From: a virus
DNA: 28,871 nt
Direction: 5' to 3' (one strand)
IMG/VR virus record: IMGVR_UViG_3300045988_059318
Coordinates: 1-28,871 of that record
Of this stretch, positions 1-6,697 are shown in pieces. Position 1 is the first letter of the stretch. Every line of letters starts with the position of its first letter. A program made the translations under genes and the position numbers. The notes under the pieces were generated by a model. That model made no database searches. It saw nothing but the letters and a program-made list of their open reading frames with translations, and was not told where the DNA came from.

Positions 1-55
1 GAGGGTGTAAAGCTACTTTACAGAGGGTGTAAAGCTACTTTACAGAGGGTGTAAA
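1..55. repeat. 22-bp tandem repeat GAGGGTGTAAAGCTACTTTACA, 2.5 units. Each unit contains the 17-bp palindrome TGTAAAG-CTA-CTTTACA (iteron/operator-like).
   Basis: Read directly from the sequence. Units lie at 1-22 and 23-44, with a partial unit at 45-55. Bases 1-55 are identical to 28817-28871. Confidence 0.95.
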
Positions 56-75
56 AATATAACACTTTGCAAAAG

Positions 76-104
76 TTGCATATTATGACATTATGTGATA
101 TAGT
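76..104 (+). promoter_or_regulatory. Sigma-70-like promoter, TTGCAT-N17-TATAGT
   Basis: TTGCAT lies at 76-81, followed by a 17-nt spacer and TATAGT at 99-104. The -10 ends 7 nt before ATG 112, implying a leaderless or near-leaderless mRNA. Confidence 0.45.
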
Positions 105-111
105 TAGCGAT

Positions 112-279
112 ATGAAATATTTAAGTGTGACAGAATATGCCGAACGGTACAAGCTCGGCAGAGCTACAGTACGACGTTGGGCGCACAATGGGCAAATTGA
201 ATGTAAGCGAGTTGGTCGGCAATTCCGCATCCCAGAAAATGCATTACCAAGAGTTCGGGGGTATGAGCCAAGTGAGTAG
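112..279 (+). CDS. Excisionase-family (MerR-like HTH) DNA-binding protein
   Basis: MKYLSVTEYAERYKLGRATVRRWAHNGQIECKRVGRQFRIPENAL fits the excisionase-type helix-turn-helix plus wing pattern. ATG 112 is preferred over the track TTG 67. Confidence 0.6.
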   Translation: MKYLSVTEYAERYKLGRATVRRWAHNGQIECKRVGRQFRIPENALPRVRGYEPSE

Positions 280-595
280 GCTGACTGCCGAGGGTGAAAT
301 TGAATGCGCATTGAAAGCGCACATCACCCAGATGCAGGATTATGATCTTGCCCCACTGCAAGAGCAAATAGAGGAATTTCGAAAGCCGAAACGGAAACGT
401 CCACTAACCGCTCAACAGCGTGAGCTTGAACGGGCACGTAAACGCCGCTACTATCAAGCCCACCGTGAGGAACGGTTGCAACATGACCGCGAACAATACG
501 CGCGAATCAAAAAAGAATATCCCAGAAAATACGAGGAACGCTTAGCGCAGATACGCGAATATAAGCGTTCGAAACGATTGGAGCAAAACAAATGA
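263..595 (+). CDS. Hypothetical basic, coiled-coil-like protein
   Basis: ATG 263 follows GGGGGT. The product is Arg/Lys/Glu-rich (KRKRPLTAQQRELERARKRRYY...). Its stop overlaps the next start. I recognise no family. Confidence 0.5.
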   Translation: MSQVSRLTAEGEIECALKAHITQMQDYDLAPLQEQIEEFRKPKRKRPLTAQQRELERARKRRYYQAHREERLQHDREQYARIKKEYPRKYEERLAQIREYKRSKRLEQNK

Positions 596-1023
596 ACGAC
601 CCTATTATGCTAATCGAACACGGACGACTCACAGGTGAGCCTGAATTGAAGACAACGAAGACGGGTAAGCAGATTCTGCAATTCACCGTGGCCGGTAACG
701 GGTCGCACAAGGATAAGCAGACCGGCCAGTATGTGGATGATTGCCAGATTTTCATCCGGTGCACGGAATGGGATGTCAACCGCGCGCAAGCCCTGCAAAA
801 AGTGTTGCACAAGGGCAGTGAGGTACGTTTGGAAACCGCTTTCAACTACAATTGCGTGACCGACCAGAACGGACAGCCACGAGTGTATTTCGATGCTCGA
901 TTCCCGAAGATTACCGTGTACCCGCCCCGTCCGCCGAAGACTCAGCAACAGCAGACGCCGACTAGCCCGTCCAATTTCGACGACTTTGGTCATAGTGACG
1001 CTTGGAGTGAGACAGCATTTTGA
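592..1023 (+). CDS. ssb: Single-stranded DNA-binding protein
   Basis: An OB-fold-like N-terminus (GRLTGEPELKTTKTGKQILQFTVA) is followed by a Pro/Gln-rich linker and an acidic tail (NFDDFGHSDAWSETAF). Confidence 0.8.
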   Translation: MNDPIMLIEHGRLTGEPELKTTKTGKQILQFTVAGNGSHKDKQTGQYVDDCQIFIRCTEWDVNRAQALQKVLHKGSEVRLETAFNYNCVTDQNGQPRVYFDARFPKITVYPPRPPKTQQQQTPTSPSNFDDFGHSDAWSETAF

Positions 1024-1445
1024 AAACCAAAACGTTAACGTTTAACGCGTATGGCATGACTCCCGCGCCCAAGGGTAGTTACCGGTTCGTGCGGGGGCAC
1101 GCCATCCCCATGAGCAAGCGAGAGAAGCCATGGCGTGGTCTAGTGTCTGATAATGCGCGTATTGCAATGACTCGGGAAAAGTTCACACAGTTTGCCAAGG
1201 ACGTTCCCGTGTCGGTGCGTATCACGTTTTTCATGCCGCGCCCCAAAACCGTGAAACGTCATATGCCTACCGTCACGCCGGACGTTGACAAACTGTGCCG
1301 TGCCGTATTGGACGCCTTGACCGATGCGGGAGTGTGGGTGGATGATAGTCAGGTGGTTGACTTGGGAGCAACAAAAATCTACGCGTCCGGTATCCATGTC
1401 GGCGCACATATCACAGTGGAAGGGTTAGCACATGAGGGAGATTAA
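1020..1445 (+). CDS. rusA: RusA-family Holliday junction resolvase
   Basis: PAPKGSYRF near the N-terminus and PDVDKLCRAVLDALTDAGVWVDDSQVV match the RusA catalytic Asp motif. The TTG start overlaps the ssb stop. Confidence 0.8.
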   Translation: MKTKTLTFNAYGMTPAPKGSYRFVRGHAIPMSKREKPWRGLVSDNARIAMTREKFTQFAKDVPVSVRITFFMPRPKTVKRHMPTVTPDVDKLCRAVLDALTDAGVWVDDSQVVDLGATKIYASGIHVGAHITVEGLAHEGD

Positions 1446-1569
1446 GCATAATATCGGTCATATTCTTGGCAACATCGTGGCCATGCTGTTGCTAGTGTCT
1501 TTTACGCTGATGATGATTCTTATCTGCGTACTGTTGTTGAAAACCATTTTAAGCGTGGTGGGCTTATGA
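1432..1569 (+). CDS. Small hydrophobic protein (45 aa), not in the ORF track
   Basis: Translated by hand as MREIKHNIGHILGNIVAMLLLVSFTLMMILICVLLLKTILSVVGL. It fills the gap between rusA and the next gene and overlaps both neighbours. Confidence 0.35.
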   Translation: MREIKHNIGHILGNIVAMLLLVSFTLMMILICVLLLKTILSVVGL

Positions 1570-1721
1570 GCTTGACGTGGAAACAGCTGGAAGCGTTGAG
1601 TATTCCGCATAATTCGACGCCGATTGATTTGAATGACACTGAGATTAAAACCATGATTGTGGAATGCCGTAAGCCGCATAGTGTGCAAATGGAATTGGAG
1701 GACTTCGAATATGGGTGTTAA
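1566..1721 (+). CDS. Small hypothetical protein (51 aa), not in the ORF track
   Basis: Translated by hand as MSLTWKQLEALSIPHNSTPIDLNDTEIKTMIVECRKPHSVQMELEDFEYGC. An ATGA overlap with the upstream ORF suggests coupling. Confidence 0.35.
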   Translation: MSLTWKQLEALSIPHNSTPIDLNDTEIKTMIVECRKPHSVQMELEDFEYGC

Positions 1722-2085
1722 GAAAGGAATGGTTAACAATCCGACAGGCAAGGGTGGTTTCGGCGATCATCCGGAAAACGCGTGTAATGGTAGGTGGAGG
1801 AAAGAAGACTCATACACTTATAGCGTTAATAAGTTTGGCCGCATGACTGATATAGAACTGCAAGAGGTTATCTTGCAGGCGAATGGTGGCGAGCTTACCC
1901 AATTCCAGCAAGCCGCGTTGAAAACCGTCCTTGACATGAAGAAAGATGAAGGTTGGAAGAAGCTTGTAGACACCGTTGATAGGGTTGACGGCAAGGCTTT
2001 GCAACCGGTCGAACAGACGGTTAACGGCTATGTTCCACCAACTATTAATATCGAGTTTGTCAAAGGTGATGAAGATGAAGAATGA
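1711..2085 (+). CDS. Putative terminase small subunit
   Basis: GGAGG lies 9 nt upstream of ATG 1711. The N-terminal NPTGKGGFGDHPEN motif resembles small-terminase N-termini, and the gene sits upstream of terL. The call rests mainly on position. Confidence 0.4.
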   Translation: MGVKKGMVNNPTGKGGFGDHPENACNGRWRKEDSYTYSVNKFGRMTDIELQEVILQANGGELTQFQQAALKTVLDMKKDEGWKKLVDTVDRVDGKALQPVEQTVNGYVPPTINIEFVKGDEDEE

Positions 2086-2347
2086 TTTTTGGACTGTGCG
2101 GGAATGGCTTGAATTTGTCCAGCATCCAGCGGAAGACATGAGTTATGCAACGGTTCGTTTTGGTCGGTTTCTGTGGGATAATTGGCGGCTTACGCGCGGC
2201 TCGAAGACTGTCAGTATGGTGAGACGTAATATCAATGGTGTTCGGTCTGGACTTATGAAAGCTTATCCGAGAGCGCAGAAGGCGTATATACTCCGTCTAT
2301 ACATGATATGGCGTGAGAAAGATTTCAGCCGCCGTTATATCAGCTGA
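2069..2347 (+). CDS. Hypothetical protein
   Basis: An in-operon ORF (MKMKNDFWTVREWLEF...) that overlaps the end of the preceding gene. I recognise no motif. Confidence 0.45.
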   Translation: MKMKNDFWTVREWLEFVQHPAEDMSYATVRFGRFLWDNWRLTRGSKTVSMVRRNINGVRSGLMKAYPRAQKAYILRLYMIWREKDFSRRYIS

Positions 2348-2365
2348 TTTTTACGACACGCTGAG

Positions 2366-2394
2366 TTGCATTATCGTGCAAGACAATGTATATT
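2366..2394 (+). promoter_or_regulatory. Sigma-70-like promoter, TTGCAT-N17-TATATT, upstream of the tRNAs and late genes
   Basis: TTGCAT lies at 2366-2371, followed by a 17-nt spacer and TATATT at 2389-2394. An AT-rich tract follows. Confidence 0.4.
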
Positions 2395-2447
2395 ATTTCT
2401 CGGCAAGAAAAGAAATTGAGCAATCTATCTATATATATAATTTAATT

Positions 2448-2484
2448 CCCGTCTAGTTTTTTCCTTTCATTTGCGCTAGACGGG
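2448..2484 (+). promoter_or_regulatory. Hairpin CCCGTCTAG / CTAGACGGG with a 19-nt T-rich loop, 3 nt before tRNA-Ser
   Basis: The 9-bp perfect arms lie at 2448-2456 and 2476-2484. The reverse complement of the loop contains AATGAAAGGAA, the same string that follows the early-arm GC hairpins. Confidence 0.4.
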
Positions 2485-2487
2485 GCT

Positions 2488-2572
2488 GGAACGTTGCGCG
2501 AGCGGTTTAAGCGGGCACCCTGCTAAGGTGCTAACTGGCAACGGTTCGGGGGTTCGAATCCCTCACGTTCCG
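2488..2572 (+). tRNA. tRNA-Ser(GCU): tRNA-Ser (anticodon GCU), type II with a long variable arm
   Basis: Folded by hand. The acceptor stem is GGAACGT/ACGTTCC and the D stem is 3 bp. The anticodon stem is GCACC/GGTGC with loop CTGCTAA. The variable stem is AACTG/CGGTT with a GCAA loop, and the T arm is GGGGG-TTCGAAT-CCCTC. CCA is not encoded. Confidence 0.85.
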
Positions 2573-2758
2573 CAATCCTAACGTTAACCTAGGATAAGCG
2601 TTAGGCGGTTGAGTACACTACTCTTGCAGTGACTCAGACGAAATATAAAAGGGCGGCTAGCGAGCACGGTCGATAGTGAGGTAACATGTGCTCTCCGGCC
2701 AACGGTTGGCAGTCGATAGGATGGCGGCAGTAATACGCCAATATCCAAGCTAACCAAT

Positions 2759-2830
2759 TTTCCCGTGGTGTAATGGGTAGCACGGCAGTCTTTGGAACTG
2801 CTTGTTTTGGTTCGAGTCCAGACGGGAGAG
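2759..2830 (+). tRNA. tRNA-Gln(UUG): tRNA-Gln (anticodon UUG)
   Basis: Folded by hand. The acceptor stem is TTTCCCG/CGGGAGA (U1-A72, one G.U) and the D stem is GTGT/GCAC. The anticodon stem is GCAGT/ACTGC with loop CTTTGGA. The T arm is TTTGG-TTCGAGT-CCAGA. Confidence 0.85.
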
Positions 2831-2878
2831 CGAGACATTGGATAGAACGGGACGCGGTTATTGGTCGTGTTACCGTCA

Positions 2879-2910
2879 GCCCCTCTACTCGCGCGATTAG
2901 AGGGGCGTTT
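2879..2910 (+). terminator. Stem-loop GCCCCTCTA / TAGAGGGGC followed by a short T run
   Basis: A 9-bp perfect stem (2879-2887 and 2898-2906) with a 10-nt loop is followed by GTTT. The U-tract is weak, so this may be a processing or attenuation site rather than a terminator. Confidence 0.35.
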
Positions 2911-2936
2911 CCATATCAATTACTAGAATACGTGGT

Positions 2937-4214
2937 ATGAAGATTCCAGACGATTACGCTAGCCTTTTCTGGTGGACTCACTCACCCGCCCCGCCAGCCC
3001 GCTATTACGTGTTTGAGGGGGGGCGTAGCTCAGGCAAAACCACTACCATATGCCAGTCGCTAGTATTGCGTGGCGCAGTCAAGCCTATTCGAGTCTTGTG
3101 TGCGCGCGAGTTCCAAAATTCGATCAACGAATCTGTGAAGAAGAGTCTAGAGGACTCTATACGCCTGTTAGACCTTGGCGGGTACAGTATCACAAAAGAC
3201 TCGATAGAGCACGAGAACGGCACCAGTTTCGTGTTCAAGGGCTTGCATAATGACCCCGAAACCACCGTCAAGGGTCTGGAAGGTATCGACGTGTGTTTCA
3301 TCGATGAAGCGCAATTCATCTCGAAGCACTCGCTGGATATTCTTCTGCCGACTATCCGCAAGGAAAACAGTACGATTATTTTCGCCATGAACCCGCTGAC
3401 CCCTAAAGACGAGGTCATGCAACGCTTCGTATGGAATGCCAACGAACAAGTCAAGGCGCGAACCATCCACAAGCACGTCACCTATCGAACAGCGCTCAAG
3501 GCCGGACTACTACCGCGTGAAGTATTGCAACAAGTCCAAGAGGCTAAAGGGTCGCCCGACTTCGCACACATCTGGGAGGGTAAGCCGACCGATAACGTGC
3601 TTAATCGTATTATGTCGTGGCAACAATTGCAGTCAGCTGGAACCAATATCATGCCTGACGGTGGTATAACCTTTGGTGTTGATGTTGCACGATTGGGAGC
3701 CGACCGAACAGCGGTAGCAGTGAATAAGGGCGGCACTATTATCGATTTAGTCAGCTGGAACCACACGCGTTTAACGGACTCAGCACAGACCATTAGACAA
3801 CTGGCAGACCGGTACAATCCTGTCGCTGTTAATATTGATGACTGCGGTGTTGGCGGTGGTCTAACCGACATGCTTATTGCCGATGGGTTGCCCGTCCAGC
3901 CGATTAATTCCGCGTCACGCGCTAAAGACAATACGAAATATCCAAATATCAATAGTGAGATGTGGTTTACTTTCGCGGAAAAACTCACGAACGGTGACAT
4001 ACATTTTATTAACTCATTGCCCGATAAAAACGATTTGTTCGAAGAACTAAGCACGCGTGAATGGAAACTGACCACGAAGAATCAACGTCAGGTGCAAGCG
4101 AAAGCGGATTACAAGGCGGCAAATAATGTTGGCTCGCCTGACCTTGCGGACGCTACACTATTGAGTGTGTACACGCCGGTGAAGTTGACAAGTTGGGATG
4201 TTGAGGTATTATAG
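2937..4214 (+). CDS. terL: Terminase large subunit
   Basis: Walker A is GGRSSGKT and Walker B-like is IDVCFIDEAQ. The C-terminal nuclease region contains FGVDVARLGADRTA and DDCGVGGG. Confidence 0.9.
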   Translation: MKIPDDYASLFWWTHSPAPPARYYVFEGGRSSGKTTTICQSLVLRGAVKPIRVLCAREFQNSINESVKKSLEDSIRLLDLGGYSITKDSIEHENGTSFVFKGLHNDPETTVKGLEGIDVCFIDEAQFISKHSLDILLPTIRKENSTIIFAMNPLTPKDEVMQRFVWNANEQVKARTIHKHVTYRTALKAGLLPREVLQQVQEAKGSPDFAHIWEGKPTDNVLNRIMSWQQLQSAGTNIMPDGGITFGVDVARLGADRTAVAVNKGGTIIDLVSWNHTRLTDSAQTIRQLADRYNPVAVNIDDCGVGGGLTDMLIADGLPVQPINSASRAKDNTKYPNINSEMWFTFAEKLTNGDIHFINSLPDKNDLFEELSTREWKLTTKNQRQVQAKADYKAANNVGSPDLADATLLSVYTPVKLTSWDVEVL

Positions 4215-4222
4215 AGAACGCT

Positions 4223-4250
4223 GGTAAAGCTTTGGTCCTTTTTCTTTACC
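4223..4250 (+). promoter_or_regulatory. Hairpin GGTAAAG / CTTTACC just after terL
   Basis: The 7-bp arms lie at 4223-4229 and 4244-4250. The left arm plus its flank, GTAAAGCT, is identical to the iteron half-site core. Confidence 0.3.
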
Positions 4251-4268
4251 GGCGGTTGGTTGATTGGT

Positions 4269-4297
4269 AAGCCCTCGCTGGGATGGCGGGGGCTTTC
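4269..4297 (+). terminator. Stem-loop AAGCCCTCGC / GCGGGGGCTT followed by TTT
   Basis: A 10-bp stem with one G.U and a 7-nt loop. A perfect TATAAT lies at 4302-4307 with no convincing -35. Confidence 0.3.
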
Positions 4298-4346
4298 CTA
4301 GTATAATGGGAACCGTTATCAATAAGCCTATTGAAAGACGGTAACA

Positions 4347-6491
4347 TTGTCTAAATTCGGATATAAAATCAGAAGTTTCTTCACGCGTCCAACGTCCCCC
4401 GCATTGACTGAAGGGTGGACTAGGGTTAGCGGCAGTGGAACGCAAGTGATTCCACCGTATGACGCTTACGCGCAGATTTTTCCATATTCGAACGCCATTG
4501 CTGGACGTTTCGCAACTATCATTCCTTATGCGGTTGATTCTCAGGGCGAGCGTATCAACCCGGCACCACCGGCGCTTAAAGCATTGTACGCGCCTAATAA
4601 TCAATTTTCTTGCCTTGAATTTCTGAAATTCATCGCCAATAGCATTCTCACCCAGTCGCATCTTGATATACTGATCTGGACGAATCAAGGCGGATATATT
4701 CAGCCGGGCGGCGAGATTACCACGGACAATATCGCTGGTTATACTTTCCTCCCACAAGATAGTAGGCAGTGGGATAGCAGTCATACGACTTGGACGCATC
4801 GCGTCACCATGACCATTAACGGACGTTTGGAGACCCGCACTTTTACCCGGAATGAGACTATCGCGCTCAGCTATTCCGCTCACCCGCTCGACCCGTCGCG
4901 TGGCATAAGTCCCGCGCAGACCATCCGCAAGTGGGCGAACGTTGACGACATGATAGCGGATTACGAGCGTGGCTTCTTCGCCAACGGCGCTGTCCCCGCT
5001 GGCATGATGGGTATTGTGTCCGCTACCGCCGACGATTTCACCCGCACCAAGAATCAGCTTGAGCAGGCGTTCCAAGGCGCCGGACGCAATAACGGCGTGG
5101 TCTATAACATGATTCCGGTTGACCCGCTGTCTGGTAAACCGTCCGATACGGGGAAACTTGTGTGGGTTCCTTTCCAGCAGGCTAATAATTCGCTTGACTT
5201 GTCCAGCCTTAACGATGTGGTAAACAATCGACTTGCAAGCGCTTTGGCCGTGCCGGATATTGTGCGCGGTATCGATAATGGTCAGACCTATGCTAATGCT
5301 GAGCAAGCGGAACGCGCATTCATTGAAAACACGTTGAAACCGTTGTGTATGACGGTGTGGGACAAATTCCAGTTCGAACTTGACCGCATTACCGGCGGAC
5401 TCGGCTACGGCATTAATTTCACTTTGGACATTCCTGCGCAAACGGACGTGCGCAAGGTACAGGCCGACACTCAGGCCGTGCAGGTCGAGACCCTTATCAA
5501 GCTTATCAACGCGGGGGCGAGCGTGGAAACCGCTGTGAAGGCATTGCACTTGCCCGACGAATATAGTGCGCTTGAGTTGGAGCCCACTCCGTCTCTTTTC
5601 ATTAAGCCTGAAGCCCCGCAAGTCTCCCCGCAGATTGTGCCACAGATTCAGGCATCGAAAGATGATGGCGTTAAGACGGAACCGGTGAAACCGGACGTGG
5701 AAGAATCAACCGTAAGCAAGGCAACTAAGCTAGTCCGCAAATACTATCGTAACCTAATTGATCTTAATCTCGCGGCGCACAGTTTCGCTAAGCCAGAAGT
5801 GGACAGTGGGGAGATTCAAGCAGAACTCGTAGACGGCCTTTTCTCCGTCTATGAGCCGGAAATAGTCGCATACGCCAACTCGACAGGCAAGACGATTATT
5901 CAAGCCATGCAGGAATTGGCTAAGACTAATCCGGACATTGCCAAAATTTTGGACGCTTGGACGCCCTCGCAGATTGCCCAACTTGTCGGCTGGGAGACTC
6001 TGCCGGAAACGTTCGAGAAGGCGTACCGGAAGCAGTTGACCAAGACTGTGGCCGCTGTGACGGGTACCGCCAATAAAAGTATCACCAAGATTATCGAGCA
6101 AGGCATCAAGGACAAGCTAGATTATAAGGAACTTGTACATCAATTGTACGGGTTGCTTGACGATGACCGTGCCGAACTCTTGGCCGGGAATGAACTGCGG
6201 AATGCGGAACGCCTAGGAAACCTCTATTCCGCGCAGAATCTCAGCAAGAAAACCGGCGTGACCTTGAAAAAGGTCTGGCACACTAGCGGCCTTGACGCTG
6301 GCAGTGAGCAAAAACCGTGCCCGTTCTGCGAGCATATGAATGGCAAGGTGGTCGGCCTCGCGGAAAGCTTCATGGACGAGGGTGATTCCGTGGATATTGA
6401 CGGTGAAACCTTCACCAATGATTACGTTTCGATGGTTACTGCGGCGGCTCACCCGCGCTGTCGTTGCACGCAGACTTACGAGGTGGCGTGA
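4347..6491 (+). CDS. Portal protein fused to a MuF-like (SPP1 gp7-like) head morphogenesis domain
   Basis: The product is 714 aa and the gene follows terL. The N-terminal ~430 aa are portal-like. The C-terminus carries the MuF signature KVWHTSGLDAGSEQKPCPFCEHMNGKVV ... AAAHPRCRCTQ. The start is TTG. Confidence 0.8.
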   Translation: MSKFGYKIRSFFTRPTSPALTEGWTRVSGSGTQVIPPYDAYAQIFPYSNAIAGRFATIIPYAVDSQGERINPAPPALKALYAPNNQFSCLEFLKFIANSILTQSHLDILIWTNQGGYIQPGGEITTDNIAGYTFLPQDSRQWDSSHTTWTHRVTMTINGRLETRTFTRNETIALSYSAHPLDPSRGISPAQTIRKWANVDDMIADYERGFFANGAVPAGMMGIVSATADDFTRTKNQLEQAFQGAGRNNGVVYNMIPVDPLSGKPSDTGKLVWVPFQQANNSLDLSSLNDVVNNRLASALAVPDIVRGIDNGQTYANAEQAERAFIENTLKPLCMTVWDKFQFELDRITGGLGYGINFTLDIPAQTDVRKVQADTQAVQVETLIKLINAGASVETAVKALHLPDEYSALELEPTPSLFIKPEAPQVSPQIVPQIQASKDDGVKTEPVKPDVEESTVSKATKLVRKYYRNLIDLNLAAHSFAKPEVDSGEIQAELVDGLFSVYEPEIVAYANSTGKTIIQAMQELAKTNPDIAKILDAWTPSQIAQLVGWETLPETFEKAYRKQLTKTVAAVTGTANKSITKIIEQGIKDKLDYKELVHQLYGLLDDDRAELLAGNELRNAERLGNLYSAQNLSKKTGVTLKKVWHTSGLDAGSEQKPCPFCEHMNGKVVGLAESFMDEGDSVDIDGETFTNDYVSMVTAAAHPRCRCTQTYEVA

Positions 6492-6494
6492 AAA

Positions 6495-6632
6495 ATGGAA
6501 ATCAAGTGCAAGAAGTGCGGAAGGTTCCTAGGCGAGACGGAGCATAGTATCCGCCTTATGCTCAAGTGCCCTAACTGCCGTGCCTATCTGCTCTATCACA
6601 TCACCATGCTTAGTGAGAATCATTCTCATTAA
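6495..6632 (+). CDS. Com-like zinc-ribbon mini-protein (45 aa), not in the ORF track
   Basis: Translated by hand as MEIKCKKCGRFLGETEHSIRLMLKCPNCRAYLLYHITMLSENHSH. Two CxxC pairs are spaced as in Mu Com-type zinc ribbons. Confidence 0.55.
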   Translation: MEIKCKKCGRFLGETEHSIRLMLKCPNCRAYLLYHITMLSENHSH

Positions 6633-6697
6633 TAGTGTTAGAATCAGTGTAGAGCAATAAAGCCCCGTAAGGACGCTCAAAACGTAAGGAAATAGGA

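Noticed and set aside
1-55. The 22-bp repeats read as a CRISPR array.
   Set aside because: The units are directly tandem with no spacers. The array is too short, and each unit is an internal palindrome typical of protein-binding iterons.
2488-2830. The tRNA genes as an attP or integration site.
   Set aside because: There is no integrase gene and no flanking direct repeats in the window, so nothing supports integration.
2584-2919. A 111-aa minus-strand ORF across the tRNA region.
   Set aside because: It overlaps tRNA-Gln, whose cloverleaf folds well, and most of the tRNA spacer, and it has no RBS. It is an artefact of the stop-free antisense frame.
4298-4309. CCTAGTATAATG upstream of the portal gene read as a late promoter.
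   Set aside because: The -10 is perfect, but no acceptable -35 or extended -10 lies at 16-18 nt. It is noted only as a repeat of the string at 19883-19894.
4209-5621. A 470-aa ORF on the minus strand. Similar long antisense ORFs lie at 3482-4075, 7169-7924, 13579-14226, 14371-14913 and 18255-19280 on the minus strand, and at 22807-23346 and 27884-28537 on the plus strand.
   Set aside because: Each lies entirely opposite a gene with clear family motifs (portal, TerL, capsid, tape measure, Dit, endolysin, exonuclease, organizer). They have no RBS or operon context and show Arg/Ser/His/Cys-rich composition typical of shadow frames.
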